Source: a virus. From it: 64,000 bases of DNA. Numbering within the stretch: position 1 is the first letter of the stretch; the number at the start of each line of letters is the position of its first letter. The notes under the pieces are model-generated. The model was not told the origin of the DNA. It saw only the letters and a list, made by a program, of their open reading frames with translations, and did not search any database. A program made the translations under genes and the position numbers. Where the stretch lies: the IMG/VR virus record IMGVR_UViG_3300020042_008783, positions 3,615 through 67,614 of that record; one strand, given 5' to 3'. Below are positions 19,103-29,158 of this stretch, piece by piece.

Positions 19103-20518
19103 TTAGCTAACGTAGTCAAGGCTGATGGCAGGCCGTGTGTGCAGGATGACATATCCATACTGCGGGAACACGGGCCGAGCACCACTGGCCATCACCCCGC
19201 GGAAGTATCCGACATTGCCGTCCGGATTAAACGCCCGATCAAGGATGTTGACCCACTTGAACTCACCGCGGTAATTCTGGGAGTTGAAGCCCATCTTGTT
19301 ACCAACGGAGATCGGGCTAGGAACCACGGAACGCATAACATCTTGGTGGAAGATGTAGCTGATTTCGTAGCTAGCCGTCTCGTATGAGGGGTTAATATTG
19401 TAAGCAGAACCACGGGTGGTCGTTTCCTTGCGGAAGGGGAACACACGGATAAGCTTGTCATTGGTCGTATCGAACACGTTGAAACGTGGGGGATACGCGT
19501 CGATTGAGTGGTAGAAACCACCGTAAGAACGCTCGATGCCGAGGGGCGTGAGCAATTCATTCGGTTTGGCATACCTGAAATCCTGTCGAATGTCGGCATT
19601 CAACCGGATCAGGTTTTCGCTGGTTTCGGCACCGCAGATGAGCATGAACACAGGGGCTCCGTTTTCACGGCCCATGGCTTGCGTACCCGCGCCGTCGCGG
19701 ATCAGCTTCATGTACAACCGTTTTAGGATACCTTGCGTCAGCTGGCTCTGGGGTAGAGCGGTAGTGGCAAACGCGCCGGAGTTAGCGGTTCCGGTACCAG
19801 TGGTAACGGCATTGTAAACACCAACCAAGTCAGTCACGCTGATGCTGAAAGCATTCGAGCCAACTGAATTGACTGGGAGAATACCAATGGTGGAAGCGCT
19901 GGGGATAACGAGGTTACCTTCAGCTGCAACCTGCTCGGTGAAGAGCTGGCGATAACGATCCTGCCAAACCAAGGAGGTCGACTCAGCGAGGACATCCATG
20001 ATGTTGGAAAGCTGTTCTTTACGTTTAACGGCAAAGCGCAGATCTTCCAGGGCGATATCAGGGGAATCAACCGACGCCCACTTCAGGCTGTACTGACGGA
20101 GCTTTTGGCCCCAAGTAACGCCAGTGAGGGGAATTGGGAGTGCGTTTCCAGCCGTCGACGAGGGTGAGCTCGAGGACACGGGAGGAGTAGTTCCACCCGA
20201 GATGGTCTGGGTGTAAGCATTGAACCCGGTGTAGGTCTGGTCAATCGGATTTGATCCGAGGTTGCGCCATCCGTATCCCGCGTCTCCGGTGATATCACCA
20301 GCGGTATAACCGTTGGCGGTAGAGGCAGCAATGCTGCTGGAGGGGTAGAAACGTTCGAAGGTGACCGAACTGATCACATCGCCCATCTCCTCGGGGAATT
20401 GTTCCTGTTTAGTGAGTTTGAGCCAGGCAGAGGTATCAACGGTCCGGCGATAAATTTCCGGTCCGATACGCCCAGCTTCTTTAACGAGCAACTGCTCGAT
20501 AGAGTAAGTAGTAGCCAT
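19103..20518 (-). CDS. major capsid protein
   Basis: 471 aa after the scaffold gene; AAAGGA SD; dedicated promoter. Confidence 0.8.
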   Translation of the reverse strand: MATTYSIEQLLVKEAGRIGPEIYRRTVDTSAWLKLTKQEQFPEEMGDVISSVTFERFYPSSSIAASTANGYTAGDITGDAGYGWRNLGSNPIDQTYTGFNAYTQTISGGTTPPVSSSSPSSTAGNALPIPLTGVTWGQKLRQYSLKWASVDSPDIALEDLRFAVKRKEQLSNIMDVLAESTSLVWQDRYRQLFTEQVAAEGNLVIPSASTIGILPVNSVGSNAFSISVTDLVGVYNAVTTGTGTANSGAFATTALPQSQLTQGILKRLYMKLIRDGAGTQAMGRENGAPVFMLICGAETSENLIRLNADIRQDFRYAKPNELLTPLGIERSYGGFYHSIDAYPPRFNVFDTTNDKLIRVFPFRKETTTRGSAYNINPSYETASYEISYIFHQDVMRSVVPSPISVGNKMGFNSQNYRGEFKWVNILDRAFNPDGNVGYFRGVMASGARPVFPQYGYVILHTRPAISLDYVS

Positions 20519-20745
20519 AGTAGTTATTTCCTTTCGACCTTTCCCCCTGCTCGCGCAAAGGGTAGGTTATGATTTATAATGATTCTGCCAGTCCCTATCG
20601 GGGCTATCCAGTTTCACTATATCTTCAAAACTTTTCCCTGGCGGCATCCCAGAGCTTTTAATGCCCGATTTCTGCTAGACCATCTCAATCTTTATAGGTC
20701 TTGTTCGGTAAGGATCTCAATCTTTATACCTGCACTGAACTAGTT
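20519..20745 (-). ncRNA. candidate structured 5' leader RNA of the major capsid gene
   Basis: Two hairpins with an identical 15-nt core, a long-range ATCGGG/CCCGAT stem and a GCGA-tetraloop hairpin beside the SD. Confidence 0.5.
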
Positions 20746-20746
20746 A

Positions 20747-20774
20747 AAAGTATCAACCGGATGGAACGTGTCAA
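20747..20774 (-). promoter_or_regulatory. sigma70-like promoter for MCP
   Basis: TTGACA-16-TACTTT. Confidence 0.55.
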
Positions 20775-20788
20775 TAGCTTTAACAAAT

Positions 20789-21994
20789 TTATTTCATTCC
20801 TCGTTCAAGGGCTTCGACAAAGCTGACGTCAGACGGAACTTCCACCCCGCCACCTTTCGCCCCACCGGATGAAGGAATCGTAGATCGAAGCTCTTTAGTG
20901 AGCTTCTCCAACTCAGAAATGCGAGTCTGGGTCTTAGCCACATAATCCTGGAATACGTTCATAACCACAGGCATAGCTGCCGCGTTAAAGGTCAACTTGG
21001 CTTTAGCCCGGGGGTCAAGCTCCGTGTTCTCAATCTGCATGGCCTGCTGTTGAATACTGTTTAGAGTGCTATTCCAAGCTTCATTTCCCTCAATGGGACG
21101 CAACAGAGCATTTTCTTTTTGGAGGTTTTGCCACTCAGAATCATAAGCAGTTTTAACCTCTGTCTCCATTCTTTGCTGAAAAGCTGTTGCCTCTCTCTGC
21201 TCTTCGGCTTGGATCATCTGTAATACGGTATTAACATCTTTAGTTAGAACTTCTCGTCTTTCAAATACTTTTTGAAGTTCCTCTGCCTTGCTTCGAATGG
21301 CCAGGGAATCTACTGGATCGAATGCACTTGTAGCTTCTTTTAGCAGGGCGCGACGTTTGGCGGGATCTGGCTCAACCATTGCGGCGTAGATATTCCGGGG
21401 ATCAACTCCTTCGTAAAGCTTGCTGATATCGGAAACCTCTTTCTGAATGCCGTTCAGGGGCTCAGTAACTGCCTGCTTGTATTCCTTGGTGGACTCCAAC
21501 CTGGAGAACTTTAACTCATTCTCATACTCATCTCGCTCCTGTTTGAGAGTGTTTAACTGATTCTGCAAGTCAATCTGCTCCACCGAATTAGTCGGGGCAT
21601 CAGAAACTTTTCCCTCCATTTCTTTTAATTTTGTGCGGGCTTCGCGCAAATCTTTGGTCAGGCGGGCCCAAGCTGTCTGAGCTTCGGGCTTGAGATTTTC
21701 TGGAGCTTTAATATCCAAGTCATCGGAAACAGTTTCAGTCTTTGTGACTTCTTCCTGTCCAGTCATCCGACGGGTCAAAATATCTAAAGGATTGGTTGTG
21801 GAGGAGGCGTCGGTCTTGGCCACCTCAACGGGTTTCGTGATCTCGGCTGGGGCTGTTACAGCGGTTGCGACGGGAGCCTCTGCTACTGGGGCTTTATTTA
21901 GAGCTTCAAATCCGGCATCAAATGCGTCGGCAAAACTAACATTTTCCGATCCTGTTGATGTTGCTGCGGGTTCTGCGGTTGCTGTTTCACTCAT
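20789..21994 (-). CDS. capsid scaffolding protein
   Basis: Acidic/Ala-Pro-rich N-terminus, long coiled coil; lies between portal and MCP. Confidence 0.7.
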   Translation of the reverse strand: MSETATAEPAATSTGSENVSFADAFDAGFEALNKAPVAEAPVATAVTAPAEITKPVEVAKTDASSTTNPLDILTRRMTGQEEVTKTETVSDDLDIKAPENLKPEAQTAWARLTKDLREARTKLKEMEGKVSDAPTNSVEQIDLQNQLNTLKQERDEYENELKFSRLESTKEYKQAVTEPLNGIQKEVSDISKLYEGVDPRNIYAAMVEPDPAKRRALLKEATSAFDPVDSLAIRSKAEELQKVFERREVLTKDVNTVLQMIQAEEQREATAFQQRMETEVKTAYDSEWQNLQKENALLRPIEGNEAWNSTLNSIQQQAMQIENTELDPRAKAKLTFNAAAMPVVMNVFQDYVAKTQTRISELEKLTKELRSTIPSSGGAKGGGVEVPSDVSFVEALERGMK

Positions 21995-22009
21995 ATTTTA
22001 TTTTCCTTA

Positions 22010-22300
22010 TTATTGATTTGTTTCTTCTATTTTGGTTTCCCAAGGTTCTGGCAAGTTTGAAGGCTCACCTGGTTCTTCTGACAGTGTTGACAGTACACGT
22101 ATTACCTCAAAGTAACCTTCTCTTCGAGCATTTAAAGTCGCATTCCAATCAATAAAATCGACATTCGGGGGAGGAAGGGTTGCGGATGGGATGCCTAAGT
22201 TTAATAGGACTTGTATCAAAGATTCACCGGCCTCTGATTTATGGAAAGCTTTCCAAGCGTTCTTAAGATCGGCTCGTTTATTCCAATCGGTTAACGTCAT
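22010..22300 (-). CDS. small head-assembly-region protein
   Basis: Follows the portal; ..ARREG.. motif typical of podovirus post-portal ORFs. Confidence 0.5.
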   Translation of the reverse strand: MTLTDWNKRADLKNAWKAFHKSEAGESLIQVLLNLGIPSATLPPPNVDFIDWNATLNARREGYFEVIRVLSTLSEEPGEPSNLPEPWETKIEETNQ

Positions 22301-24567
22301 GCTTTTGTCGCGTTGGGGGTACTCATCGCAGCACGAAGATTAGCTGCGCCTTGCGCATCTTGTAAAGCTAATTTTTGCTTTAATTCTGCTTCTTTGAATC
22401 GCGCATCAAGCTGTGCTCTCTCCTGCTTAAGCTGCATGTCTAGCTGATGCTCCTGCATTTTCATCTGCATTTGGGGCGAGATACCCTGCACTTGACCTTG
22501 TTCTAAGGCGGCTTGCTGTTGTTGTTCGTTAGCGACCCGGATATCCTGCTCGACATCCCTCTGTAAATTTACAACAGCTTCACGTAAAAGATTCATTACA
22601 AGTTTGGCTTGGCCAATTTCCTGTTGCTTTGTTTTATCGTCAACAATTCTGACGAGGTGTTCATTCGAGTGCTCGTATACCATAGTAAGGAACATCATGG
22701 TCGCTTGCTTGTCCTGAATCTGATTGTTCTGGACGGCCTGAACAATAGGTTGGGTTTCTTTCAAATGGACGGTCAAGTGAATCGCGTGATTTTCATTGGG
22801 CATTACTGTTACTTGTCTGCCAGCTTGCATCGAGCCATTTTCAAGTTCTGCAATCTTGGCGTCGGCGGGAATACGATTCTTAACATTCGGATTGGGTAGA
22901 TAGCGGTCAACCTGATCGTAACCAACGCGGGCGGCTACGCGGTCACGAATTGCATTGATCTGACCAAGCTCATCAAATCTGGGTAACATCTGCATGAACT
23001 CGTTAAAGGCGGACAAGCGGGCTGCGGGAGATCCGAGCCCAACTGCTTTTACAGCGTCAACATCATAAACAGCTTTAACTGCTTCCCACGGAACGCCACG
23101 TTCCTCAAGCCTGCTGCGGAATTTTTTGGCTTCGGCAGATCCTTCTTCCCCGGGAACCCATGTATCGCGCTGAAGCCTTCTGAACTGCTCGCGGAGCAAA
23201 CGTCCCCAAGGGACATAAAACAAGTTCATGGAGTTCGTGGTGAGGATTGCTTCGTTGGCCACCTGAGCCTCTACTTCGGTTGCCGTGCGGGGATTCCCGG
23301 TGGGGGCATTCATCTGAGTGCGGTAAGATCCAGTATTGCTCTGACGAACCATCGCCATTTCGTTTACAATGGGCTGAACATTTGCGGCCAAATTCGGGAA
23401 CTGCGTCTGGACAACATTCAATCCCGGAGGAAGGAATGAGAGGGGTCCGGAATAAGCCATCGTCATCTTGGATACATCTTCTGCGCTCTGAGGTTGTAAT
23501 AGTACTGAGGTCTGTAGCATGGCTCCGTCTGCCATGGCACAACGCAAACGATTGGTCATCTGAATGTGCGGGAAGATCTTATATCCTAGACCGCGAATTG
23601 AATGATAAAGACCATTGCCAACGCCGTAGGTAAAGATATGGAAAGCTTCTGAAGCAGACTTAAATCTATGAAGTTTTTTAAATAAGAAATCCCCGGAGCC
23701 GTCGCGAAGTCCAATGGCATGGGAGTAAGTCCCATCGAATTCCCTTACGTAATAGTGAACGACGTGAACTTCTTTTGCTCGAACGTGTGCGAAATAAAGG
23801 TCGTTCGACTTTAACTGTCTTTGCAGTTCTTCCCAGTTAAGGCCGTCGGTAGGAAAGGTTGTGGTGGCATTGCGGATCGCGGTTCTTACTGCGTCCACAT
23901 TCCAACCGGCTTGTTCTGCAATCTTTGGGTTCTCGATATACTGGTAAAGTTCGTGAACCAAATAGATCCTGCGAATAGCAGCGAACTCTACTTTGTCTTC
24001 TGTGGCGGGAGTTCCGCGGGGGATGAAGAAATCTCCAATTGGGCAAACGGTCCACTGCCAGTTCCGCTCATCTTCAAAGTAAGCGATACCTAGACCTTGA
24101 GATACAAAATAATAGGAAAGCAGCTGCTGTTTAAAATAAAAGCTTGGCCAATCCTTTGTCACAAGACGTGTGAACTCTTCTGCAATTATAGACGCATACT
24201 CTTCACGCTGGCTTTCATCGCCAAATCTGGTTCTAATATTAACAAGTCGGTCAACAGAAGTAACCAAATCATTGTATGAAGTGAGGGCTTTTTCAAGATC
24301 TGCCCCGGCTTCACCAAAGTTCAGATTGGCTCTATAGCTTTGACCGAGCCTACGCAGGACAATGGGGTCGTAAGGAGCGGCTCCGTCAAACATGTCCATG
24401 ATGCGGGCGCGATCGCGGGCTCCCTGTTCATCCGCCAAGTATAACTGTTGATATATGGAGAAAAGTCCGCTCTGGTCGGTAATTCTAGTTTTTGGTGCTT
24501 TTCCGTTTTCGGATAGCGTTTTTAGGTCATCGTCAGGAACGGAATTCGTGTTGTATTTGGGTTCCAC
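22297..24567 (-). CDS. portal protein
   Basis: About 756 aa after TerL; RTATEV motif; Q-rich C-terminal barrel; GTG start 24567 downstream of TTGACA-17-CATACT. Confidence 0.8.
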   Translation of the reverse strand: MEPKYNTNSVPDDDLKTLSENGKAPKTRITDQSGLFSIYQQLYLADEQGARDRARIMDMFDGAAPYDPIVLRRLGQSYRANLNFGEAGADLEKALTSYNDLVTSVDRLVNIRTRFGDESQREEYASIIAEEFTRLVTKDWPSFYFKQQLLSYYFVSQGLGIAYFEDERNWQWTVCPIGDFFIPRGTPATEDKVEFAAIRRIYLVHELYQYIENPKIAEQAGWNVDAVRTAIRNATTTFPTDGLNWEELQRQLKSNDLYFAHVRAKEVHVVHYYVREFDGTYSHAIGLRDGSGDFLFKKLHRFKSASEAFHIFTYGVGNGLYHSIRGLGYKIFPHIQMTNRLRCAMADGAMLQTSVLLQPQSAEDVSKMTMAYSGPLSFLPPGLNVVQTQFPNLAANVQPIVNEMAMVRQSNTGSYRTQMNAPTGNPRTATEVEAQVANEAILTTNSMNLFYVPWGRLLREQFRRLQRDTWVPGEEGSAEAKKFRSRLEERGVPWEAVKAVYDVDAVKAVGLGSPAARLSAFNEFMQMLPRFDELGQINAIRDRVAARVGYDQVDRYLPNPNVKNRIPADAKIAELENGSMQAGRQVTVMPNENHAIHLTVHLKETQPIVQAVQNNQIQDKQATMMFLTMVYEHSNEHLVRIVDDKTKQQEIGQAKLVMNLLREAVVNLQRDVEQDIRVANEQQQQAALEQGQVQGISPQMQMKMQEHQLDMQLKQERAQLDARFKEAELKQKLALQDAQGAANLRAAMSTPNATKA

Positions 24568-24615
24568 AAGTCCGACTAGTATGGGGGAAGCCAATATTCC
24601 TGTCAATCATCCTTT

Positions 24616-26349
24616 TTAAGAATTCAAAAAGGAGGATTCGGATACGGCCGCGTCCAGCTTCTTAGCCTGCGCCTGCCAAGACGATCGAAGTTTACCGCCA
24701 ACTAGAGAGCCCGCTGAGATACCAAGTTTTTGTCTGGCTAGGTCTAGACCGAGAAAGAAGGCATCTGCTAAATCGGGCGACTTACCTAAACGTAATTTAT
24801 AATCTCTCTTGGGTTCAACTGTTACTTTGCCCCCCGCTGTAGTATTGTATTTTCTGCCAGTCATTTCTTTTGCAAGATCTGGTACAATCCCCCTCAACTG
24901 CCCCGACCTCATGTACTCCACGCCGGAAAACCAAAGTTCTGTAACTCGATTGGTATACTTGTCTAAGCCGCGAATAGGGTTGGTTATACTGACAGGAAGT
25001 GTTGAGGCTTTTTCACCAAACTTGATTCGTAAAACTCGGTTCGACCATATTTCAGATAAAATGTCGCAAAAAGGGTCTCCTGCTCCGGTGGCGTCGATAG
25101 CCAATCTTTCGGGGGGCACGCCGGACTCTTGGCAGACTCGCATGACTTCTTTAGCAATTTGAAAGTTGCGAGGCTCTGCTTTAGTTACGTCTTCACGAAG
25201 ATTGTGAAATTTATGTAATGCGACTGCCGGACCAGACTCTTCGGTTTGGCCGTACTTAAGAATGGCTAACACAGATCTATCTCCTCCATTGGTAAACGCA
25301 GGGTCAAATCCGGCCAGGTAAAGAGGGGGCTGAGACCATCTTGGCTCTTTAGTGACATCATACTTCCTGAAGTCGGCTTCTGAATATATGCCTTCCTCCG
25401 CGCCAACGGGTGCGGGGAAGCTCCGTATAAATCTCCAGAAAGACAGGGAGTTCTCGCCTTCGTTATCGATTGCGTACTTAACTTGCTTGGAGGTTAGCAA
25501 AAAAGGCCATTTGTCGTCGTGTTCAATGTTTGGTGTCTTTAATCCGTCAAGGTGAATACACTTTCCCGTTTTTGTTTCCCACTCCTCTGCCTCGACTGTA
25601 ATAGAATTCCATCCATCTTTGGGTGTCGAAAATACTCCGAACGGATCATATTGAGAATTAAAGTTCCCTAGGGCAACGCATTGGAAGTGGGGATTCGCAT
25701 TAAGATTGGAGATAGCTTCAAAAACGGAATTAGTGACGTCCGTTGCCTCGTCGATAATCAGGAACACTCTCTTGTTCTTTAACCCAATAAGTTTCGCCGT
25801 GGCTTCTTTTTCTTTGTCTGGGCTTGAGGGAACTAGGGTAATGGATGAACGATCTGATGCTTCGCCGGATTCGGATACGTCGAGAACAATCTTTCCCATG
25901 GAGTCTACCAACTTTCCGGGAAGTCCTGGAACTTGCATATACCTCTCGCGGATAGAACCCCATAATCGTTTACGAGCTTCTCGAACGCTGGTAGTTGTTA
26001 CAAGCACGAGAGTTTCATGCGGGGCGCAAAGCCAATTTACTAACCCCCACATAGCCATTGTTGAAGTTTTTGCGGAAGACTTTGGCCCGGAAATGGCCAA
26101 ATAGTTTTCCTCGCAAGCTCTTTCAATCATCCACTCCGCCCAAGGATGCCAATAAAAACCATTCTTGTTTTTTGTTTTATGGTAAGGCCAAAGAAGATTT
26201 ACTATATTCTTGAAATGCTGGGCTTTGCCCAAGCCTCCGTCTTCGGGCTTCAATCCCATTTTGAAGGCCAACAATTCAATGTCGAGGTCTCCGGCTCCGT
26301 CCGGCCAGGACTTTCCATATTTTTCTATAGGCAAGGGACTACTCTGCAT
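24616..26349 (-). CDS. terL: terminase large subunit
   Basis: Walker A variant GPKSSAKT, Walker B LIIDEA, coupling motif LGN, nuclease GFDPA ... SPDLADA. Confidence 0.9.
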   Translation of the reverse strand: MQSSPLPIEKYGKSWPDGAGDLDIELLAFKMGLKPEDGGLGKAQHFKNIVNLLWPYHKTKNKNGFYWHPWAEWMIERACEENYLAISGPKSSAKTSTMAMWGLVNWLCAPHETLVLVTTTSVREARKRLWGSIRERYMQVPGLPGKLVDSMGKIVLDVSESGEASDRSSITLVPSSPDKEKEATAKLIGLKNKRVFLIIDEATDVTNSVFEAISNLNANPHFQCVALGNFNSQYDPFGVFSTPKDGWNSITVEAEEWETKTGKCIHLDGLKTPNIEHDDKWPFLLTSKQVKYAIDNEGENSLSFWRFIRSFPAPVGAEEGIYSEADFRKYDVTKEPRWSQPPLYLAGFDPAFTNGGDRSVLAILKYGQTEESGPAVALHKFHNLREDVTKAEPRNFQIAKEVMRVCQESGVPPERLAIDATGAGDPFCDILSEIWSNRVLRIKFGEKASTLPVSITNPIRGLDKYTNRVTELWFSGVEYMRSGQLRGIVPDLAKEMTGRKYNTTAGGKVTVEPKRDYKLRLGKSPDLADAFFLGLDLARQKLGISAGSLVGGKLRSSWQAQAKKLDAAVSESSFLNS

Positions 26350-26355
26350 AATTAC

Positions 26356-26383
26356 TTGACAGTTGTCAATTTGAGTTCACTCT
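26356..26383 (+). promoter_or_regulatory. divergent junction: palindrome TTGACAGTTGTCAA and promoter for the replication genes
   Basis: TTGACA-16-CACTCT; back-to-back TTGACA hexamers. Confidence 0.5.
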
Positions 26384-26412
26384 AGCCGGCACGATGAACA
26401 TACCCCTAAAAA

Positions 26413-26814
26413 ATGAACAGTTGTACAAAAGGCAAAGTCGGAGAGCGTGAGTGGCGCGACGTCCTCAAGGCGAAGGGCTTCGAAGCGCGCCGTGGTCGGC
26501 AGTTTTCCGGGAGTCCGGAATCACCCGACGTTGTCAGCAACCTCCCATTTCACTTTGAAGTCAAGCGGGTTGAGGCCCTCAACATTAACAAAGCTATGGA
26601 ACAGGCCAAACGAGACAGTGGCAAGAGTGTGCCAGTGGTGGCCCATAGAAAAAACAAGTGCGCGTGGCTTGTTACGATGGTTGCGGAAGATTGGCTTGAA
26701 CTAGTTCGTGAAAAGCATTCAGACGCTTGTTCAACTGCACCCGTGGCAGGAGAAATCAAAAAGTATTATACTTCAGGCAATTCGGAACCACTCGATCGCG
26801 CTGGATTGCTCTGA
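26413..26814 (+). CDS. Holliday junction resolvase (archaeal Hjc-like PD-(D/E)XK)
   Basis: KGK.GERE....L...GF.ARRG.QF.G...PD....EVKR. Confidence 0.85.
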   Translation: MNSCTKGKVGEREWRDVLKAKGFEARRGRQFSGSPESPDVVSNLPFHFEVKRVEALNINKAMEQAKRDSGKSVPVVAHRKNKCAWLVTMVAEDWLELVREKHSDACSTAPVAGEIKKYYTSGNSEPLDRAGLL

Positions 26815-28012
26815 TACTGGTACTGGAAAAACTGTCACGGCTTGCGCTGTGGCAAAAGAACTTGGTTTTGAATTTGCCATCATCGCCCCCAAGATTGTAC
26901 TTCCAGCATGGAAAAATTGGTGTAGCACTTTTGGGCTACAGCCTAAATTCGTTTTAAACTATGAAAAACTTCGAACTGGGAATACCGAATTTATAAAAAA
27001 GCTCGGGAACAAACAATGGGATTGGAGGCATAAAGGCAAAACCTTCCTCTATATCTTCGACGAGGTTCATCGCTGTAAGAGTTACAAATCACAAAATGGG
27101 GCGATGCTAGAAGCCGCGGCTGGGTCGAACGTTCTCATGCTGTCTGCTACTGCCGCGGGGAGTCCTATGGATATGCGTTTTACTGGTCGACTTCTCGGAC
27201 TCCACAATGGGGTCGACTATTTCAAATGGCTTCACAAAAACGGTGTGGTAAAAGCTCCGTGGGGTGGGATGACATTTCGCGGTGGGAGGCGTGTGCTTAC
27301 CGATATCCACTCAAAGATATTCCCAGCTAAAGGGGTTCGGGTGCGCATCAGTGAGTTAGGGGACGCTTTCCCAAGTAACCAGGTTAACGCGGAGGTGTTG
27401 GATATTTCGCCCAAGATCGGTGAGCTTTACCAGAAGGTTGAGGAGGAAATTCTGGAGCTAAAAGATCGGTCTCGTACTGATGTAGACCCAGAGAACCCGT
27501 TGACTAAGCGATTGCGGATGAGGCAAGAAATTGAATTACTGCGGGTGCCAGTCATTACAGAGATGGCGGAAGAGTTTATCGAGGAAGATAAAAACGTTGT
27601 TTGTTTCATAAACTTTAGACAGACGCTCGATGCTATTGGGGAGAGAATGAAAAAACATAAGCCAGTTTATATTCTTGGCGATCAAACTACCGAAGAGAGG
27701 GAGTCGGCAATTGCTTCTTTTCAGGCAAATAAATCCCACTTGATTATTTGTCAGATTGCGGCCGGTGGGGTGGGAGTAAGTCTTCACGACCTACATGGAA
27801 GGCCGAGAGTTTCGCTCATCAGTCCTACATATTCTGCTGTTGATCTCAAGCAGGCTCTCGGTCGTATTCACCGCACGGGAGCTAAAACTCCCGCGCTACA
27901 ATACATCCTATTCGCTGCTAACTCGGTTGAAGAGGAAGTAAGTAAATCAGTCAAAACAAAACTTCGAAATATTGATTTGTTGAACGACGGTGATTTAATC
28001 ACGCATAATTAG
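26708..28012 (+). CDS. superfamily 2 (SNF2/DEAH-like) helicase
   Basis: SDTGTGKT, DEVH, SAT, QALGRIHR. Confidence 0.9.
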   Translation: MKSIQTLVQLHPWQEKSKSIILQAIRNHSIALDCSDTGTGKTVTACAVAKELGFEFAIIAPKIVLPAWKNWCSTFGLQPKFVLNYEKLRTGNTEFIKKLGNKQWDWRHKGKTFLYIFDEVHRCKSYKSQNGAMLEAAAGSNVLMLSATAAGSPMDMRFTGRLLGLHNGVDYFKWLHKNGVVKAPWGGMTFRGGRRVLTDIHSKIFPAKGVRVRISELGDAFPSNQVNAEVLDISPKIGELYQKVEEEILELKDRSRTDVDPENPLTKRLRMRQEIELLRVPVITEMAEEFIEEDKNVVCFINFRQTLDAIGERMKKHKPVYILGDQTTEERESAIASFQANKSHLIICQIAAGGVGVSLHDLHGRPRVSLISPTYSAVDLKQALGRIHRTGAKTPALQYILFAANSVEEEVSKSVKTKLRNIDLLNDGDLITHN

Positions 28013-28056
28013 CGCTTGACGATTACGTTTTTAGAGTCACAATCCATGGCACGCTG

Positions 28057-28293
28057 ATGGATACGCAACACGCAAGATACAGCCCGAGCACTCTAAAGAG
28101 TCGGGAATTATGTCCGGGATATGAACCTAAACGGGACGGGGAGGTTCACATAGTGACACAACGTGGAACCGCTATGCATCACGCTTGTGAAATGAGCGAC
28201 TTTGAAGATTTGAATGCCGACGAAACCAAACTCGTAATGAAATGTTTAGATTACATTGAACGCTTGCGAGCGGAGTTAGCTACCGATGCTTGA
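28057..28293 (+). CDS. N-terminal half of a Cas4-like/DUF2800 exonuclease
   Basis: HA..SPS......CP ... RGT.MH. Confidence 0.7.
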   Translation: MDTQHARYSPSTLKSRELCPGYEPKRDGEVHIVTQRGTAMHHACEMSDFEDLNADETKLVMKCLDYIERLRAELATDA

Positions 28294-29158
28294 CCTCAAA
28301 GAAATTAAGCTGGAGGTTTTTGATCAATGGGGTTTTGTTGATCGATTGATGATTCGTGGGGATAAGGCCCATCTTATTGATTACAAATTTGGATTTAACC
28401 CCGTTGACGATGCGGAACATAACGCTCAAATGTGGGCATATACTCTCGGTGTTTTTGATAAACACGATTATATCAAAGAAGTTACTGTACACATTTTACA
28501 ACCTCGTCTAGATCTTATCTTCACTCACACATTTACCCGTGAGGGGGACTACGAGAGAATACACAAACGAATAAAAGGAATCATAAACAAATGCAAAAAT
28601 CATACAGAAGCCGATTATACGCCTGGGGATCAATGCGTTTACTGCCACAAGCTAGCAGACTGCCCAGCAGTCCACGGAGCCACAATGCAGATCGTTAAAG
28701 CTTATGACATGGCGCATGACGCTCAGTTGCCAGAACTATTTCAGCCAAGCCAGTTATCTACTCCGGAGCGTCGGGCTCAAGCCCAGCGCATTGCGATGGT
28801 CATGGAGGCTTGGTGTTCGAGCGTTCGTAAACACAATTTAGAGTTTGCCAAAGAGGGTGGTGAAATTCCGGGCTATGGATTAAAAGAAATCCAGGGCCGC
28901 AGGGAAATCAAGGACTCTGAAAAGGCTTGGGATTTGGTGAAAAATAAACTTACTCCGGAGGAGTTCAGCTCCGCCTGCGAGATTAAGTTCACAGATTTGG
29001 CCGATCTAGTTGCGGCCAAGGCGCCTCGCGGTCAGAAGACCGTGGCGAAAGAACAACTGGAAGATGACCTCATCGCTGCTGAAGCAATGACGCGTGGTGA
29101 GCCATCTTATCAACTAAGAAAAAATAAAGAAATAAAAGAGATAAAACAAATAAAATGA
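28286..29158 (+). CDS. C-terminal half of a Cas4-like/DUF2800 PD-(D/E)XK exonuclease
   Basis: E....G..D.....IDYKFG, Q...Y, PG..C.YC.....CP. Confidence 0.8.
   Translation: MLDLKEIKLEVFDQWGFVDRLMIRGDKAHLIDYKFGFNPVDDAEHNAQMWAYTLGVFDKHDYIKEVTVHILQPRLDLIFTHTFTREGDYERIHKRIKGIINKCKNHTEADYTPGDQCVYCHKLADCPAVHGATMQIVKAYDMAHDAQLPELFQPSQLSTPERRAQAQRIAMVMEAWCSSVRKHNLEFAKEGGEIPGYGLKEIQGRREIKDSEKAWDLVKNKLTPEEFSSACEIKFTDLADLVAAKAPRGQKTVAKEQLEDDLIAAEAMTRGEPSYQLRKNKEIKEIKQIK

Noticed and set aside
28057-29158. CRISPR-Cas system suggested by the Cas4-like nuclease
   Set aside because: No repeat-spacer array or other cas genes were seen; the context is a standard phage replication module.
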